Of a stretch of DNA of 64,000 nucleotides, positions 35,949 to 45,900 are shown in pieces. A program made the translations under genes and the position numbers. The notes beneath the pieces are model-generated. The model made no database searches and had not been told where the DNA came from. It was given only the letters and a program-made list of their open reading frames with translations. This stretch comes from Candidatus Parcubacteria bacterium (GTDB lineage: Bacteria > Patescibacteriota > Patescibacteriia > Patescibacteriales > UBA12075), in the NCBI GenBank assembly GCA_963814275.1, contig CAWFCE010000001.1:195307-259306 (forward strand), read 5' to 3'. Numbering within the stretch: the stretch's first letter is position 1; each line of letters begins with the position of its first letter.

Positions 35949-36419
35949 TTATTTTAATTTGCCCATAAGCTTCCGGGCCCATTGTTCCGCCAGCCAGCTG
36001 TTATTTTCCAGATTAAAGTAGAAGCCGTCGATCTTAAGGGAGTCTGCCACCAATCGGCCATGCGACCGTGCCACGAATTCCTCCAAATGGCCGACAGCGC
36101 CGCAAAAATAAGTATAAGACGAATCGCCGCAGCTGAATACGGCGAATTTTTTATCGGGAAAGGCCGACTCACGCGATTTATTCATGAGTTGCAGCATCGT
36201 TTCATGCGGCATACCCTCCTTTTCGCCGAAATTCCAGTTTGGCGTGCCCAGGATGACCAGGTCATACCGCCCCAGGTCCGCCGGCTCCGCATCAGCCGCT
36301 TTTTTGAGGGCTACGGAATATTCCGACGACAACACTTCCATAATTATCCTGGCGGCAACATAGGTACTGCCCGAATTGGTCGCATAGATTATCAGAACTT
36401 TGTTTTTCGATTTGGCCAT
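35949..36419 (-). CDS. flavodoxin
   Basis: 156 aa. VLIIYATNSGSTYVAA FMN loop, LVILGTPNW, FSCGDSSY. Confidence 0.8.
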   Translation of the reverse strand: MAKSKNKVLIIYATNSGSTYVAARIIMEVLSSEYSVALKKAADAEPADLGRYDLVILGTPNWNFGEKEGMPHETMLQLMNKSRESAFPDKKFAVFSCGDSSYTYFCGAVGHLEEFVARSHGRLVADSLKIDGFYFNLENNSWLAEQWARKLMGKLK

Positions 36420-36627
36420 GACTACATTATAACATTTTTTTCTATGTGGGAAAACATTATAATTGCCCGCCGGTGCTACGATATGGAATAAGCGAGTAGC
36501 TCGAAATCTAATTTTAAATCAGGTTGTTCCTGAGGCGCTATTAAAGATGGCTTGCCGGCTTTATCCAGACACCCTGGAATTGCCATAAAATAAAAATGTT
36601 CTATAAGTCGCCAAAATCGGCGGTTTT

Positions 36628-36636
36628 TGTTATAAT
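36628..36636 (+). promoter_or_regulatory. extended -10 (TGTTATAAT) preceded by hairpin plus T-run
   Basis: tcgccaaaatcggcggtttttgttataat, 37 nt upstream of the tspO ATG. Confidence 0.4.
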
Positions 36637-36672
36637 TAAAGCATCGCTTTATTCTAATTAAATAATAATATT

Positions 36673-37149
36673 ATGATGCAAAAGTATCTATGGCCGGCAA
36701 TTTTTATATTGTTAAGCCAAGCGGCCGGATTGATCGGTTCGATCTTTACCGGGCCGGCCATACCCGGCTGGTACGCGGGGCTCAATAAACCCGGCTTCAA
36801 CCCGCCGGGCTGGCTGTTCGGGCCGGTTTGGCTGATTTTGTATACGATGATGGGCCTGGCCTCCTATTTTGTCTGGCAAAAATGGAATTCAGGCAGTCTA
36901 TCCCGCGTGGCGCTGATAATATTCTTTGTTCATCTGGCATTGAACGCCCTGTGGTCCTTCCTGTTCTTCGGTCTCAAGAATCCGCAATTGGCCTTTTTTG
37001 AGATCATCTTACTCTGGGTTTCGATCCTGGCGCTTATAATTTTGTTCTGGGCAATTGACAGGCGGGCGGCTTATCTCATGATTCCCTATATCCTCTGGGT
37101 AAGCTTTGCCGCAGTTTTGAATTTTTCCATTTGGCGTTTGAATTTATAA
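36673..37149 (+). CDS. tspO: TspO/MBR tryptophan-rich sensory protein
   Basis: 158 aa, 5 TM. WY..L.KP.F.PP.W.F.PVW..LY..MG.A motif. Confidence 0.88.
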   Translation: MMQKYLWPAIFILLSQAAGLIGSIFTGPAIPGWYAGLNKPGFNPPGWLFGPVWLILYTMMGLASYFVWQKWNSGSLSRVALIIFFVHLALNALWSFLFFGLKNPQLAFFEIILLWVSILALIILFWAIDRRAAYLMIPYILWVSFAAVLNFSIWRLNL

Positions 37150-37163
37150 TAATATAAGTACGT

Positions 37164-37556
37164 ATGAAAATCATCGATGAATTCAAAGAATTCGCCGTAA
37201 AGGGCAACGTGATCGATCTGGCCGTGGCGGTCGTGATCGGCGGCGCTTTCGGCAAGATCGTCACCTCTTTCGTCAATGATATTATTATGCCTCTGGTCGG
37301 CATCATCCTGGGCGGGGTAGATTTTTCCGGGCTAAGTTTCAAGCTGAGCGGGGAGGCGGTCCTCGGCTACGGCAGTTTCATCCAGGCGATCGTCGATTTC
37401 CTGATCGTTGCCTGGTCTATTTTCCTGGCCGTTAAAATGGTCAACCGGATGAAAAAAGAAAAGCCTGCTGAGCCGGCCAAACCGGCCGAGCCGAGCGATG
37501 AAGTCAAGCTACTAACCGAAATACGCGATCAACTGCGCAGACAAAATGTAAAATGA
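37164..37556 (+). CDS. mscL: large-conductance mechanosensitive channel
   Basis: FKEFA.KGNV.DLAV.VVIG.AF..IV.S.V.D.I.P motif. Confidence 0.93.
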   Translation: MKIIDEFKEFAVKGNVIDLAVAVVIGGAFGKIVTSFVNDIIMPLVGIILGGVDFSGLSFKLSGEAVLGYGSFIQAIVDFLIVAWSIFLAVKMVNRMKKEKPAEPAKPAEPSDEVKLLTEIRDQLRRQNVK

Positions 37557-37630
37557 CACTTCGCAATATTTATTATTAATCTTCATAAAGATTAAAATAA
37601 GTTTTTAAAATCGCCAAATATGGCGATATT

Positions 37631-37639
37631 TGTTATAAT
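37631..37639 (+). promoter_or_regulatory. extended -10 (TGTTATAAT) preceded by a hairpin
   Basis: atcgccaaatatggcgatatttgttataat, 25 nt upstream of the corA-family ATG. Same architecture as 36628. Confidence 0.4.
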
Positions 37640-37663
37640 AAAAATATAAATAAATTTAAACTT

Positions 37664-38584
37664 ATGATAAAGATCTATTTCCGTTCGATCAAGGAAAGGC
37701 GGCTCAAGGCCAGCGATAAATTCAGGAAAGGGTCGTGGGTCGTAGCCGAGGCACCGGACGAAGAAGAGAGGGAAAAGCTGGCAAAACTGCTGTCGATAGA
37801 CGCGGATTTGCTGCGCGACGCGATGGACGAGTTCGAGGTACCGCGCCTGGAAGTCGAGAAAAAAGTCGCTTATGTTTTTACGCGCGTACCGCATCGGCGC
37901 GGGAACGAGACTGTCACAGTTCCGGTGATGATCGCCATCGGGGAAGATTTCGTCTTCACCGTAGCCCGCGAGAAGATAGACCTTTTCGATGCAGTTTTCG
38001 ACGGAAAAAAAGACGTCTATACCACGCAAAAAACAAAATTTTTTCTGGAGTTTCTTTTTGCCATAAATAAGCGATATGGATATTTTTTGCTCGAGCTGGA
38101 TAAAAACGTGCGCGCCTTGCGGGTGAAGCTGGAGCGGATAAACGTGCGCGATATCGTGAAATTCGTCGATCTGGAGAAGATCCTGAACGATTTTTTGTCC
38201 GCCCTGGTGCCGACCAATGCCGCGCTCGAAAATATCCTTAAAGGCAGGCAGGTCCATTTTTATGAAGAGGACCGGGAGCTGATCGAGGACCTTTCCGTCG
38301 CTTATGAACAGCAGGTCGAACTGGCCAAATCGATATTGCGGCACGCGGTCAATATCCGCAACGCCTACTCCAATATAATGGACCATGACCTTAACCGCGT
38401 CATGAAGATTCTAACCGCCTTGACGATACTTTTGACCGTACCGACCATGATATTCAGTTTTTACGGCATGAACATCAGGTTGCCCTTGATGGATTCGTCG
38501 GCGGCAATTGCCTATATAATTTCCGGCACAGTGGTTATATCGGGAATATTGCTTTCCATATTCATGAGAAATCGCTGGTTATAA
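37664..38584 (+). CDS. CorA-family divalent cation transporter
   Basis: 306 aa. C-terminal two TM segments with the FYGMN motif. Confidence 0.85.
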   Translation: MIKIYFRSIKERRLKASDKFRKGSWVVAEAPDEEEREKLAKLLSIDADLLRDAMDEFEVPRLEVEKKVAYVFTRVPHRRGNETVTVPVMIAIGEDFVFTVAREKIDLFDAVFDGKKDVYTTQKTKFFLEFLFAINKRYGYFLLELDKNVRALRVKLERINVRDIVKFVDLEKILNDFLSALVPTNAALENILKGRQVHFYEEDRELIEDLSVAYEQQVELAKSILRHAVNIRNAYSNIMDHDLNRVMKILTALTILLTVPTMIFSFYGMNIRLPLMDSSAAIAYIISGTVVISGILLSIFMRNRWL

Positions 38585-38663
38585 AAATGGCCCGGGCAAG
38601 GGTTATCTGTTCCGGACAGACCTTCTACAAACTGGCACCCACAATATTGGAAATTCCAACCAT

Positions 38664-38692
38664 CGGCTTTTGACGAATAAGCCGGTTTTTTT
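38664..38692 (+). terminator. intrinsic terminator
   Basis: cggctt-ttgacgaat-aagccg followed by 7 T. Confidence 0.6.
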
Positions 38693-38952
38693 ATTCAAAA
38701 GGCAATACTCTGATAGAAACGGGCCGGACTTGACTTAAAATTAGTTTAATATTATATTAATTTATTAATGCTAAATTTTAGCTTAATGCGGAGGCAGGAT
38801 AACAGTCCGTAGTGATCTTTATTAATTTGTTCTTGTGCGCTTATAGATAGGCGCTTAATCAGTCTTTCCGATAACGAAAGGAGGTGAACAGTCCAATTCA
38901 ATCGGCAGGCAAAATACGTTTGGAACCAAAATCTCATGAAAGGAGGCAAGCA

Positions 38953-39354
38953 TTGAAAAAAAGCTTTTATCTTCTATTGTTTTTATCGGTTTTCCTGATG
39001 ATACCGAATCCGGCAGGAGCCCTGCAAATCAAGCATTATCAATTTTCGGATGAAATTCTTGGCGGCAATCATTCATTTGCCACATTGAATATCGCCGATA
39101 TGTTGAAAGACATTTTCCATAATTACGATAATTTTGGAAAAATTGACGATTGGCGGGAGAATAAATCAGAATTTTCACATAGCGGCGATTTTAAACCCGT
39201 ATTTGAAGGTTTTAAGCGCCATAAAGATTATCGCGATAAACCGCACGACGGCGCTGCTCCGGTGCCGGAACCGGCAACATTCGCCTTGTTGGCGCTCGGG
39301 CTTACGGGTCTACTAGGCTTGACGCGCAGCAGGAAAGGCAAAAAATTAATTTAA
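38953..39354 (+). CDS. secreted protein with C-terminal PEP-CTERM sorting signal
   Basis: TTG start 6 nt after aaaggagg (38939-38946). Signal peptide KKSFYLLLFLSVFLMIPNPAGA. C-terminus VPEPATFALLALGLTGLLGLTRSRKGKK (nt 39262-39354). Confidence 0.6.
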   Translation: MKKSFYLLLFLSVFLMIPNPAGALQIKHYQFSDEILGGNHSFATLNIADMLKDIFHNYDNFGKIDDWRENKSEFSHSGDFKPVFEGFKRHKDYRDKPHDGAAPVPEPATFALLALGLTGLLGLTRSRKGKKLI

Positions 39355-39530
39355 CAACTGGACATTTTTCAGTCGGCAGAACCAGCAATTGCGTTCTGCC
39401 GATTTTTATTTTCCTTAAAAATGGCCGCCTTAATTTATAATTCTTTAACTCACGGCTAACAATTCACTAATATTCCGGTGTTAAGGTGTATAAAAGCAAA
39501 AGAACTCCATATAACTATTAACAAAAAATT

Positions 39531-40658
39531 ATGAAAAACAGCACAAAAAAAGATTATGCGGAAATGCTTTCCCGATCGCCGGAAATAAAAGCTTCATTCA
39601 GGAAGAAGCGGCGGTGGCCGGCGGTATTGAGCGTGTCCGCGATTATAGTTTCTTTGATAAGCGGCTATCTGGCAATTAATGCCGCCTATGTATCCTGGCA
39701 GCTTAAAAACGTAATTGCGAGCGAAGGCAAGGCCGTGCAAGCGCGGCTTGATACGTTAATGCCGGTAGAGAGCTCCAGCCTGGCGCCAGCCGCTCAAAAT
39801 CCGGCTGCCGCGAAATCCAGTGAAACCGTAGTACCGATGACCGAGGCGCAATACAACCAGCAAATGTCCAAGAATTTCCAGCGGGCTTCGGGGACGGCGG
39901 CATCCACATCTCCGAGCAAGATCCAGGCGCCGGACACGGGAACGCAAAAAGCGACAGGCACTTTCCAGGAAATTAATGTCAATTTCGACCTGGGGGCGCT
40001 ATTTTCCGCTTCGCCTCAGATCTCCCTGGCTGACCAAAGCGGCGGCAATGCCGCCGGGGAAGCCTGGATGGCCGTATACCAGGGCAATACTTTCCTGCGG
40101 CTTGGGGCGATCAATCTCCCGGCGCCTGCCGGAGATACGCATTATGAAGCGTGGATAGCGAAAGCGCCGGCCGGTACCGCTTTTATCGATGCCGGACCGC
40201 TGACCTTTGACACCGCGTCAGGCGGCGCGATCCTGACCATGGCCACGGAAGGCGACCAATCGGAGTATCGGACGGTTTATATCAGCCGGGAGACAGGACA
40301 AAACGCCGTTAAACCAGCCAATATAATCATGTCCGGCACGTTTGCGGCAACACAGGATCCGCATGTCAGTTCGGGGAAAATAGCGCCGGCCCAGCCGTCA
40401 AGCGTTTCGATGCCGACCGTTACCGACAAGGCACCAATTGGCGATTCTACCCAGGCGCAAAGCTCCTTAAGCGAACAGGATCAATTACTCATGTCCCTCC
40501 TGGGAGGGCAGACAGCCGGAAAGAATGGCGGCAATACAAGCCAATCGCTTGGTGATTCCGCCCTGCTTCAGGCGCTTCTTGGCGGGAAAAGCACTACCGG
40601 TACCGGAGGAGCGGATCTGCAAGCCCTCCTGAAATCGCTCGGTCCGACCGCCAAATAA
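39531..40658 (+). CDS. membrane-anchored protein with RskA-like (anti-sigma-K C-terminal type) extracytoplasmic domain
   Basis: Single TM near residue 35. The segment AWMAVYQGNTFLRLGAINLP.P.GDTHYEAWI...G...IDAG resembles RskA C-terminal domains. No N-terminal zinc anti-sigma domain was seen. Confidence 0.35.
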   Translation: MKNSTKKDYAEMLSRSPEIKASFRKKRRWPAVLSVSAIIVSLISGYLAINAAYVSWQLKNVIASEGKAVQARLDTLMPVESSSLAPAAQNPAAAKSSETVVPMTEAQYNQQMSKNFQRASGTAASTSPSKIQAPDTGTQKATGTFQEINVNFDLGALFSASPQISLADQSGGNAAGEAWMAVYQGNTFLRLGAINLPAPAGDTHYEAWIAKAPAGTAFIDAGPLTFDTASGGAILTMATEGDQSEYRTVYISRETGQNAVKPANIIMSGTFAATQDPHVSSGKIAPAQPSSVSMPTVTDKAPIGDSTQAQSSLSEQDQLLMSLLGGQTAGKNGGNTSQSLGDSALLQALLGGKSTTGTGGADLQALLKSLGPTAK

Positions 40659-40726
40659 TTTAATTTTTCCATGAATTGCGTGTCGTGCAACGTAAAGTTG
40701 TTATCAGTGGCGTGTTGCCTTAAAAA

Positions 40727-41236
40727 GTGGTAAGCTTAATATGTATGGCCAAGCTTATCGCAAAAAAGATCACCCATAGATTATTCATCATCAATATCGC
40801 TCTCAAGGGATTGGATGGAGTCGTGGAATTTTTCGGCGGGATACTCCTGTTTTTGACGAATCCGGGAGCCATTAACCATTGGATATTCATCCTGACCCGG
40901 GAAGAGTTGGCCGAAGACAAAAGCGATTTTATCGCCAATTACCTTTTGAAATCAGCGGATTCGCTATCGGTAAGCGGACAGCACTTCGGCGGTTTTTATT
41001 TGATTTCCCACGGGATCGTGAAAGTTTTTCTGGTAGCGTCATTATTGCGCCAGCGGCTTTGGGCATATCCTCTGGCAATCGTATTTTTAATTTTGTTCAT
41101 CGTCTATCAAGTCTACCGCTATACTTTTACGCACTCGCCGTATCTGATCCTGCTAACGGTTTTTGACGCACTGATCGTCGTTTTGACGCAACTTGAGTAT
41201 AGACGGCTGAGGGCAGAACACATCAACGGCGTATAA
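40727..41236 (+). CDS. DUF2127-like membrane protein
   Basis: Four predicted TM helices. Start uncertain (ATG at 40745 also possible). Confidence 0.45.
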   Translation: MVSLICMAKLIAKKITHRLFIINIALKGLDGVVEFFGGILLFLTNPGAINHWIFILTREELAEDKSDFIANYLLKSADSLSVSGQHFGGFYLISHGIVKVFLVASLLRQRLWAYPLAIVFLILFIVYQVYRYTFTHSPYLILLTVFDALIVVLTQLEYRRLRAEHINGV

Positions 41237-41293
41237 TTAAATCCGGGAAACGCGGTAAATGCTCAAAAGCGAAAATTATTCGATAAAACAAAT

Positions 41294-41315
41294 AAACAGC
41301 CGAAAGGCTGTTTTT
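41294..41315. terminator. bidirectional terminator between convergent genes
   Basis: aaacagcc-gaaa-ggctgttt flanked by A-rich and T-rich runs. Confidence 0.65.
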
Positions 41316-41348
41316 GCGTGCTCGTTACAATGTCATTATATTTAAGTC

Positions 41349-42044
41349 CTATATCCGTAAATCGGTCGGCGGACCGTTTTCAGCGTTATTATCGTCTTTT
41401 TTGTATACGCGGTTTTTGATCATTATTGCGGCAAATAAGGATAGGGAGATGATAATAACCGTAAAAACCAGGTGTTGAATGGATCTGACCCGTAATATGA
41501 TCGACGCTAGCCCGTTATGGAAATGATAACCGAGAAAAATAAATATGGGCGCGTATATTATCGATGCAAGTGTGTTATAAAAGAAAAATGTTTTCCAGCG
41601 GATTTTAAGGCCGCCCGATAAAAACGGACCGAAAAAGCGCAAGCCGGGTATGAACCGGGTGCTGAAAATCGCCTTGCCCGCATGGCGTTCGAACATATTA
41701 TCGTATTTTTCCAGGATCTTCGGTTTGAGCCTCTGTTGTTTCGTTTCGAAAAAATGCCGGTTAGTGCGGGCGAACCAATAGAGGAAATTATTGCCGATAA
41801 TGACCGCGAACAGACTGATTGCGATTGCCTTGGGCAAAGTGCTGAAACCGGCGCTTACCGCGTAGCCGACCGATATCAGGATAGCCTCTTCGGGCAATGG
41901 TATCAGATAACCGGCCAAAGACAGCGCGATGAATATTCCGGTGTAAGTCAAATGTTCCAGGATGGCAAAGGGGACTATCGTATCCATATTAGCATTTGAG
42001 ATTTGCGCCTGTGGCGCGTGATTAATCGCGATTTTGTTTGGCAA
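41349..42044 (-). CDS. DedA/VTT-domain membrane protein
   Basis: LPEEAILISVGY and F..RFIPGLRFFGPF..G motifs. Confidence 0.75.
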   Translation of the reverse strand: MPNKIAINHAPQAQISNANMDTIVPFAILEHLTYTGIFIALSLAGYLIPLPEEAILISVGYAVSAGFSTLPKAIAISLFAVIIGNNFLYWFARTNRHFFETKQQRLKPKILEKYDNMFERHAGKAIFSTRFIPGLRFFGPFLSGGLKIRWKTFFFYNTLASIIYAPIFIFLGYHFHNGLASIILRVRSIQHLVFTVIIISLSLFAAIMIKNRVYKKDDNNAENGPPTDLRI

Positions 42045-42080
42045 TTATAACAATAGGCGCAAACGGATTTGGAGAAATAT

Positions 42081-42632
42081 TTATTTTACTTTATAAAGAT
42101 AGTAATTCGTGCTTTTGGGATTGTCCGGTTTGGTTTTAATTATCTTATAAGGGGACTCACTTTGGATTTTATCGGACAATACGGCCACTATAGCGCCCGG
42201 CTTTGCCTCCTTTTTGATCTTGGGCCAGAGCCTTTCGATCATCGGCGGTACCAGAAAAAGATAGATTATATCCGCCCGTGATATATCGGCGGCGAAGAAG
42301 TCGCGGCGGCGTATTTCTACGCGGGATTTTTTCACCCAAGCTTTTAATCGGGCATACCATGCGGGAAGGGGGGACAGTTCATAGCCGATCAGCGTATCCG
42401 GATTGTATTTTTCCGCGGCGAAAAGGAAATCGCCTTTGCCGCAGCCCAGATCGAGGATTACGGTATTTTCGCCAACCGGCAGTTCGGCTAATAACCGTTG
42501 GCAGTACGCGCGCGGTGTCGTCACATAGGGCACGCGGGTACGGCGGTAAACCAGGATGTCGTATAATAGAAAAGCCAAACCCGCTATTACGGTTAATATT
42601 ATTGTAGTCTGCAGAAAGTTTTCCATGTCCAA
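42081..42632 (-). CDS. class I SAM-dependent methyltransferase with N-terminal TM helix
   Basis: Motif I VILDLGCGKGDF. Rossmann-like pattern downstream. Confidence 0.75.
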   Translation of the reverse strand: MDMENFLQTTIILTVIAGLAFLLYDILVYRRTRVPYVTTPRAYCQRLLAELPVGENTVILDLGCGKGDFLFAAEKYNPDTLIGYELSPLPAWYARLKAWVKKSRVEIRRRDFFAADISRADIIYLFLVPPMIERLWPKIKKEAKPGAIVAVLSDKIQSESPYKIIKTKPDNPKSTNYYLYKVK

Positions 42633-42934
42633 TAGTTTGGTTATCTGCTGTCATCCTGGAGGCCGCAGGCCGATAGGATCCCGGGCCACTTTATGCCGTT
42701 CAAGAATGACTATAGTATAATTTAACGCGCCACCCTGCACTTTTCGGGGTTTAACAAAGTTTTTCATATACGCCTCGGGGCCCTACCGCCCCTTTGGGGC
42801 TCCGGGGTGACAGATATCACGTATTTATTACGTTGGTAATAATATTGTACCTCAAAATCACTCTTGCCGCCAATAGCCAATGATTTGCCGTTTGTGGTAC
42901 AATTATAGTGTAATAAATCATTCTGTGTATAAAT

Positions 42935-45900
42935 ATGAAAGTTTTTAGACGAATTCTAATCGTTTTTTTGTTGTCTCTTGTGGCTTCCCTGCCCTTAGCC
43001 GATGTTTCTGTCCGGGCCGAGGAGGAAGCGGCGCCTGAAGCGCCGGTTGCAATAAGCGCAGCGCCACCGAACATCATCCTGATAATTACCGCCGACCAGC
43101 GCGCCGATACGATCGGGCCCAACGGGGTGAACTCCGAGATCAGGACGAAATACGGCCAACCGCTCATGCCCAATGTCGAGAACCGGTTGATGAGCCGCGG
43201 GGCCTATTTTCCGAATGCGTATGTAACCACGCCGGCAGCCAGTCCGGCCCGGGCCAGCATATTGTCCGGTGGATTTTTGGCGCAAAATACCGGTGTCTTG
43301 ACCAATGATTTCCCCAACGGCGGCGCCCGGCGCTTCCAGGACCGCGATACCGTGGCGACCCGGCTGCAGGCGGCCGGTTATCGGACCGGCTTTATCGGTT
43401 CGTATCTGGACCAGTATGAAGATCAAAACGGGCTGGTTCCTCCGGGATGGACGGAATTCCATGCCGTCAGCGGATCGGACGGGAACGGGAATTATACCAT
43501 GGTTAACGGAACGAGCGGTTCCGGATCCGCTAAAGGCGAACTCCAGGCGGAAACCGGCAGTTTGAACGACCGCGAAAGCGAATTAGCCGAAGAATTCATC
43601 GACAAGTCGGCCGGCTCCCCGTATTTTCTTGTATTGTCGAGTGACGCATTGCGCTGGCCGGCGGAGCCGGATGAGGAGGAGGCGGAATTATACCCGGACT
43701 ATTCCTACCGCGGCCGCGCTTACGGCGAAAACAACATAAGCGACAAGCCGATCTGGGAACAGGTTCAGGCCGAAAAACGGTTCAACGAGCTCAAGGAATC
43801 ACGCGACCAATACCACCGGCAACAGCTCCGGTCGCTTTCGGGAGTTGACCGGATGGTCGGCGGCATGATCGACCGGGTGGAGGATGCAGGGGAAATGGAT
43901 AATACCGTATTTATCTATACTTCAACCAATGGGTATCTTTGGGGCGAGCATAAGCTGTGGGGCAAAAACGGGGCATATCCCGAAACGCTAAATGTTCCGC
44001 TGGTTGTAAGCGCGCCCAACTCCCTCCCGGCGGTGATGAATGACCTGGTGGCCTCCGATCTGGACGTCGGAGCGACCATATTGGGCGCTGCCGGAATAGA
44101 ACGGACGACTGACGGCCGCAATTTATTGCCCTTATTGGACGGCTTGACCAGCAGCTGGCGGGATGAAATATATTTCGAATCGTTCTCGCCGGAAACCGGT
44201 TATGCCGGTTTGGCCGGCAGCACCTATTGGTATACGGAGTATATCAATGGCGAAAAGGAATATTACGACCTGGCCGCCGACCCATACAGCCAAAACAACC
44301 TTACGGGCAGCGCGGTTGGCGAAATAACCAGTATGCTGGCCGCTTCGCTGGCGACACGCACGGGCATGATCATTACCACTACTGCCGTCAGCCCCGCGGC
44401 TCCCGGACAGCCTTACAGCCAGTCCCTAAAAGCCTGGGGGCAGCGGCCTTTCAAATGGAGCGTTTATGAGGGGAGCTTGCCGGCGGGGCTGTCGCTTAAC
44501 CAGGACACGGGCATAATCAGCGGTACTCCCGCGGTCAGCGCGAGGCAAAGGGTCAAGATCAAAGCCGATGGCAGCGCCTTAGCCAGCCAGGCCGGCTGGC
44601 CGCAATTCCATATTCGGGAATTCGTTTTTCGGGTAGGGGAAAGCTCCGCGGCGCAGCTGACCCATGGACCGCTGGTCGGCGCCGTATCCGAAACCGGCGC
44701 TACCGTCTGGGTCCGCACCGGCGCCGCGGCCGAGGTTCAAGCCGCATATACGAGCGATCCGGAACTCGAGAGCGGCTGGAATTGGTCCGATACGGTTACG
44801 ACCGCCGCGGCCGGAGACTTTACGGCCTTCTTACCGCTCACCGGCTTAAAGTCCGATACGGTTTATTATTATAGGATATACGTTAACGATAACGACGAAA
44901 CACCCATCCCGGAGCCACGTTTTAAGACTTTCAGCTATCATCCTTCATCCGTGACGATCGGCTTAGTGGCGGATTTCGCCAATGATCCGGCAAAGACCGC
45001 ACCGGCGGCGAGCGCGCTGAAACGGGAAAATCCCGATGTAGTATTGATTGTAGGCGATGAGGACCATGGTAATCCGGGGAGCCGCGATGAATTCCGCTCC
45101 ATGTACCGTTCCAACCGCGGCGCGGAAAAACAATCGGGACAAGCGCTAGAGAGTGATATATACAGCAGGACTCCGGTGGCTTACGTCTGGAACGGCCATG
45201 ATTACGGCGAAAATGACAGCGATAAGAATAGCCCGGCAAAACAGGATGCCCTGGCGGCATATGACGAATATTGGCCCAGCTATTTCCGGCCGCGTCCGGA
45301 GGACGGCATTTGGCAGCAATTCAAGATCGGCGATCTGGCCGAGGTATTCATGCTGGACGTGCGCAGCCAGCGCGATCCGGATACATACCGCGATCCGTCA
45401 TACGTGGCGGACGGGGAAAGGGGAGGCAACCGCGAGAGCTTGCGCCGCGATACCTGCCGTTCCATGCTGGACGGCGATCTGTGCCCGGATGGCATGCCTA
45501 CCGGGCAGAAAGCCTGGCTCAAGGACGCCCTCTGGTATTCGTCCGCCCGCTGGAAGATCGTTGTCACCCCATCGGCCTGGAATCCGACGACGGAAAACGA
45601 CGATACCTGGTGGGATTTCCGCGCCGAACGCCTGGAACTGATGGCTTATCTCAAATCGCGAAATATCGACGGAGTCATATTCGTATCCGCCGACCTCCAT
45701 ACCGGCGGCGCGATCGATAACGGCGACAATTCCGGTTATCCGGAATTATCACTGCCTGACCTGAACCTGGGCGGGGAAGAGACAGCGTGCCGCCTCCACG
45801 GGCCTGACCGGAGCTCGGATTGCGGCGTGTGGTCGCAGGGGATCGTAGCCGGCGGAAGCGGCTATGGCCTCCTTACTTTATCCGGCGAAGAAGCGGTAAT

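Noticed and set aside
42648-42830. GC-rich hairpins (gtcatcctggaggccgcaggccgataggatc and cctcggggccctaccgcccctttggggctccgggg) upstream of the large secreted protein, considered as a structured regulatory RNA.
   Set aside because: They resemble generic REP-like GC-rich stem words also seen at 19740-19790 and 57970-58000. No conserved riboswitch core was recognised, so they are listed only as part of the repeat landscape.
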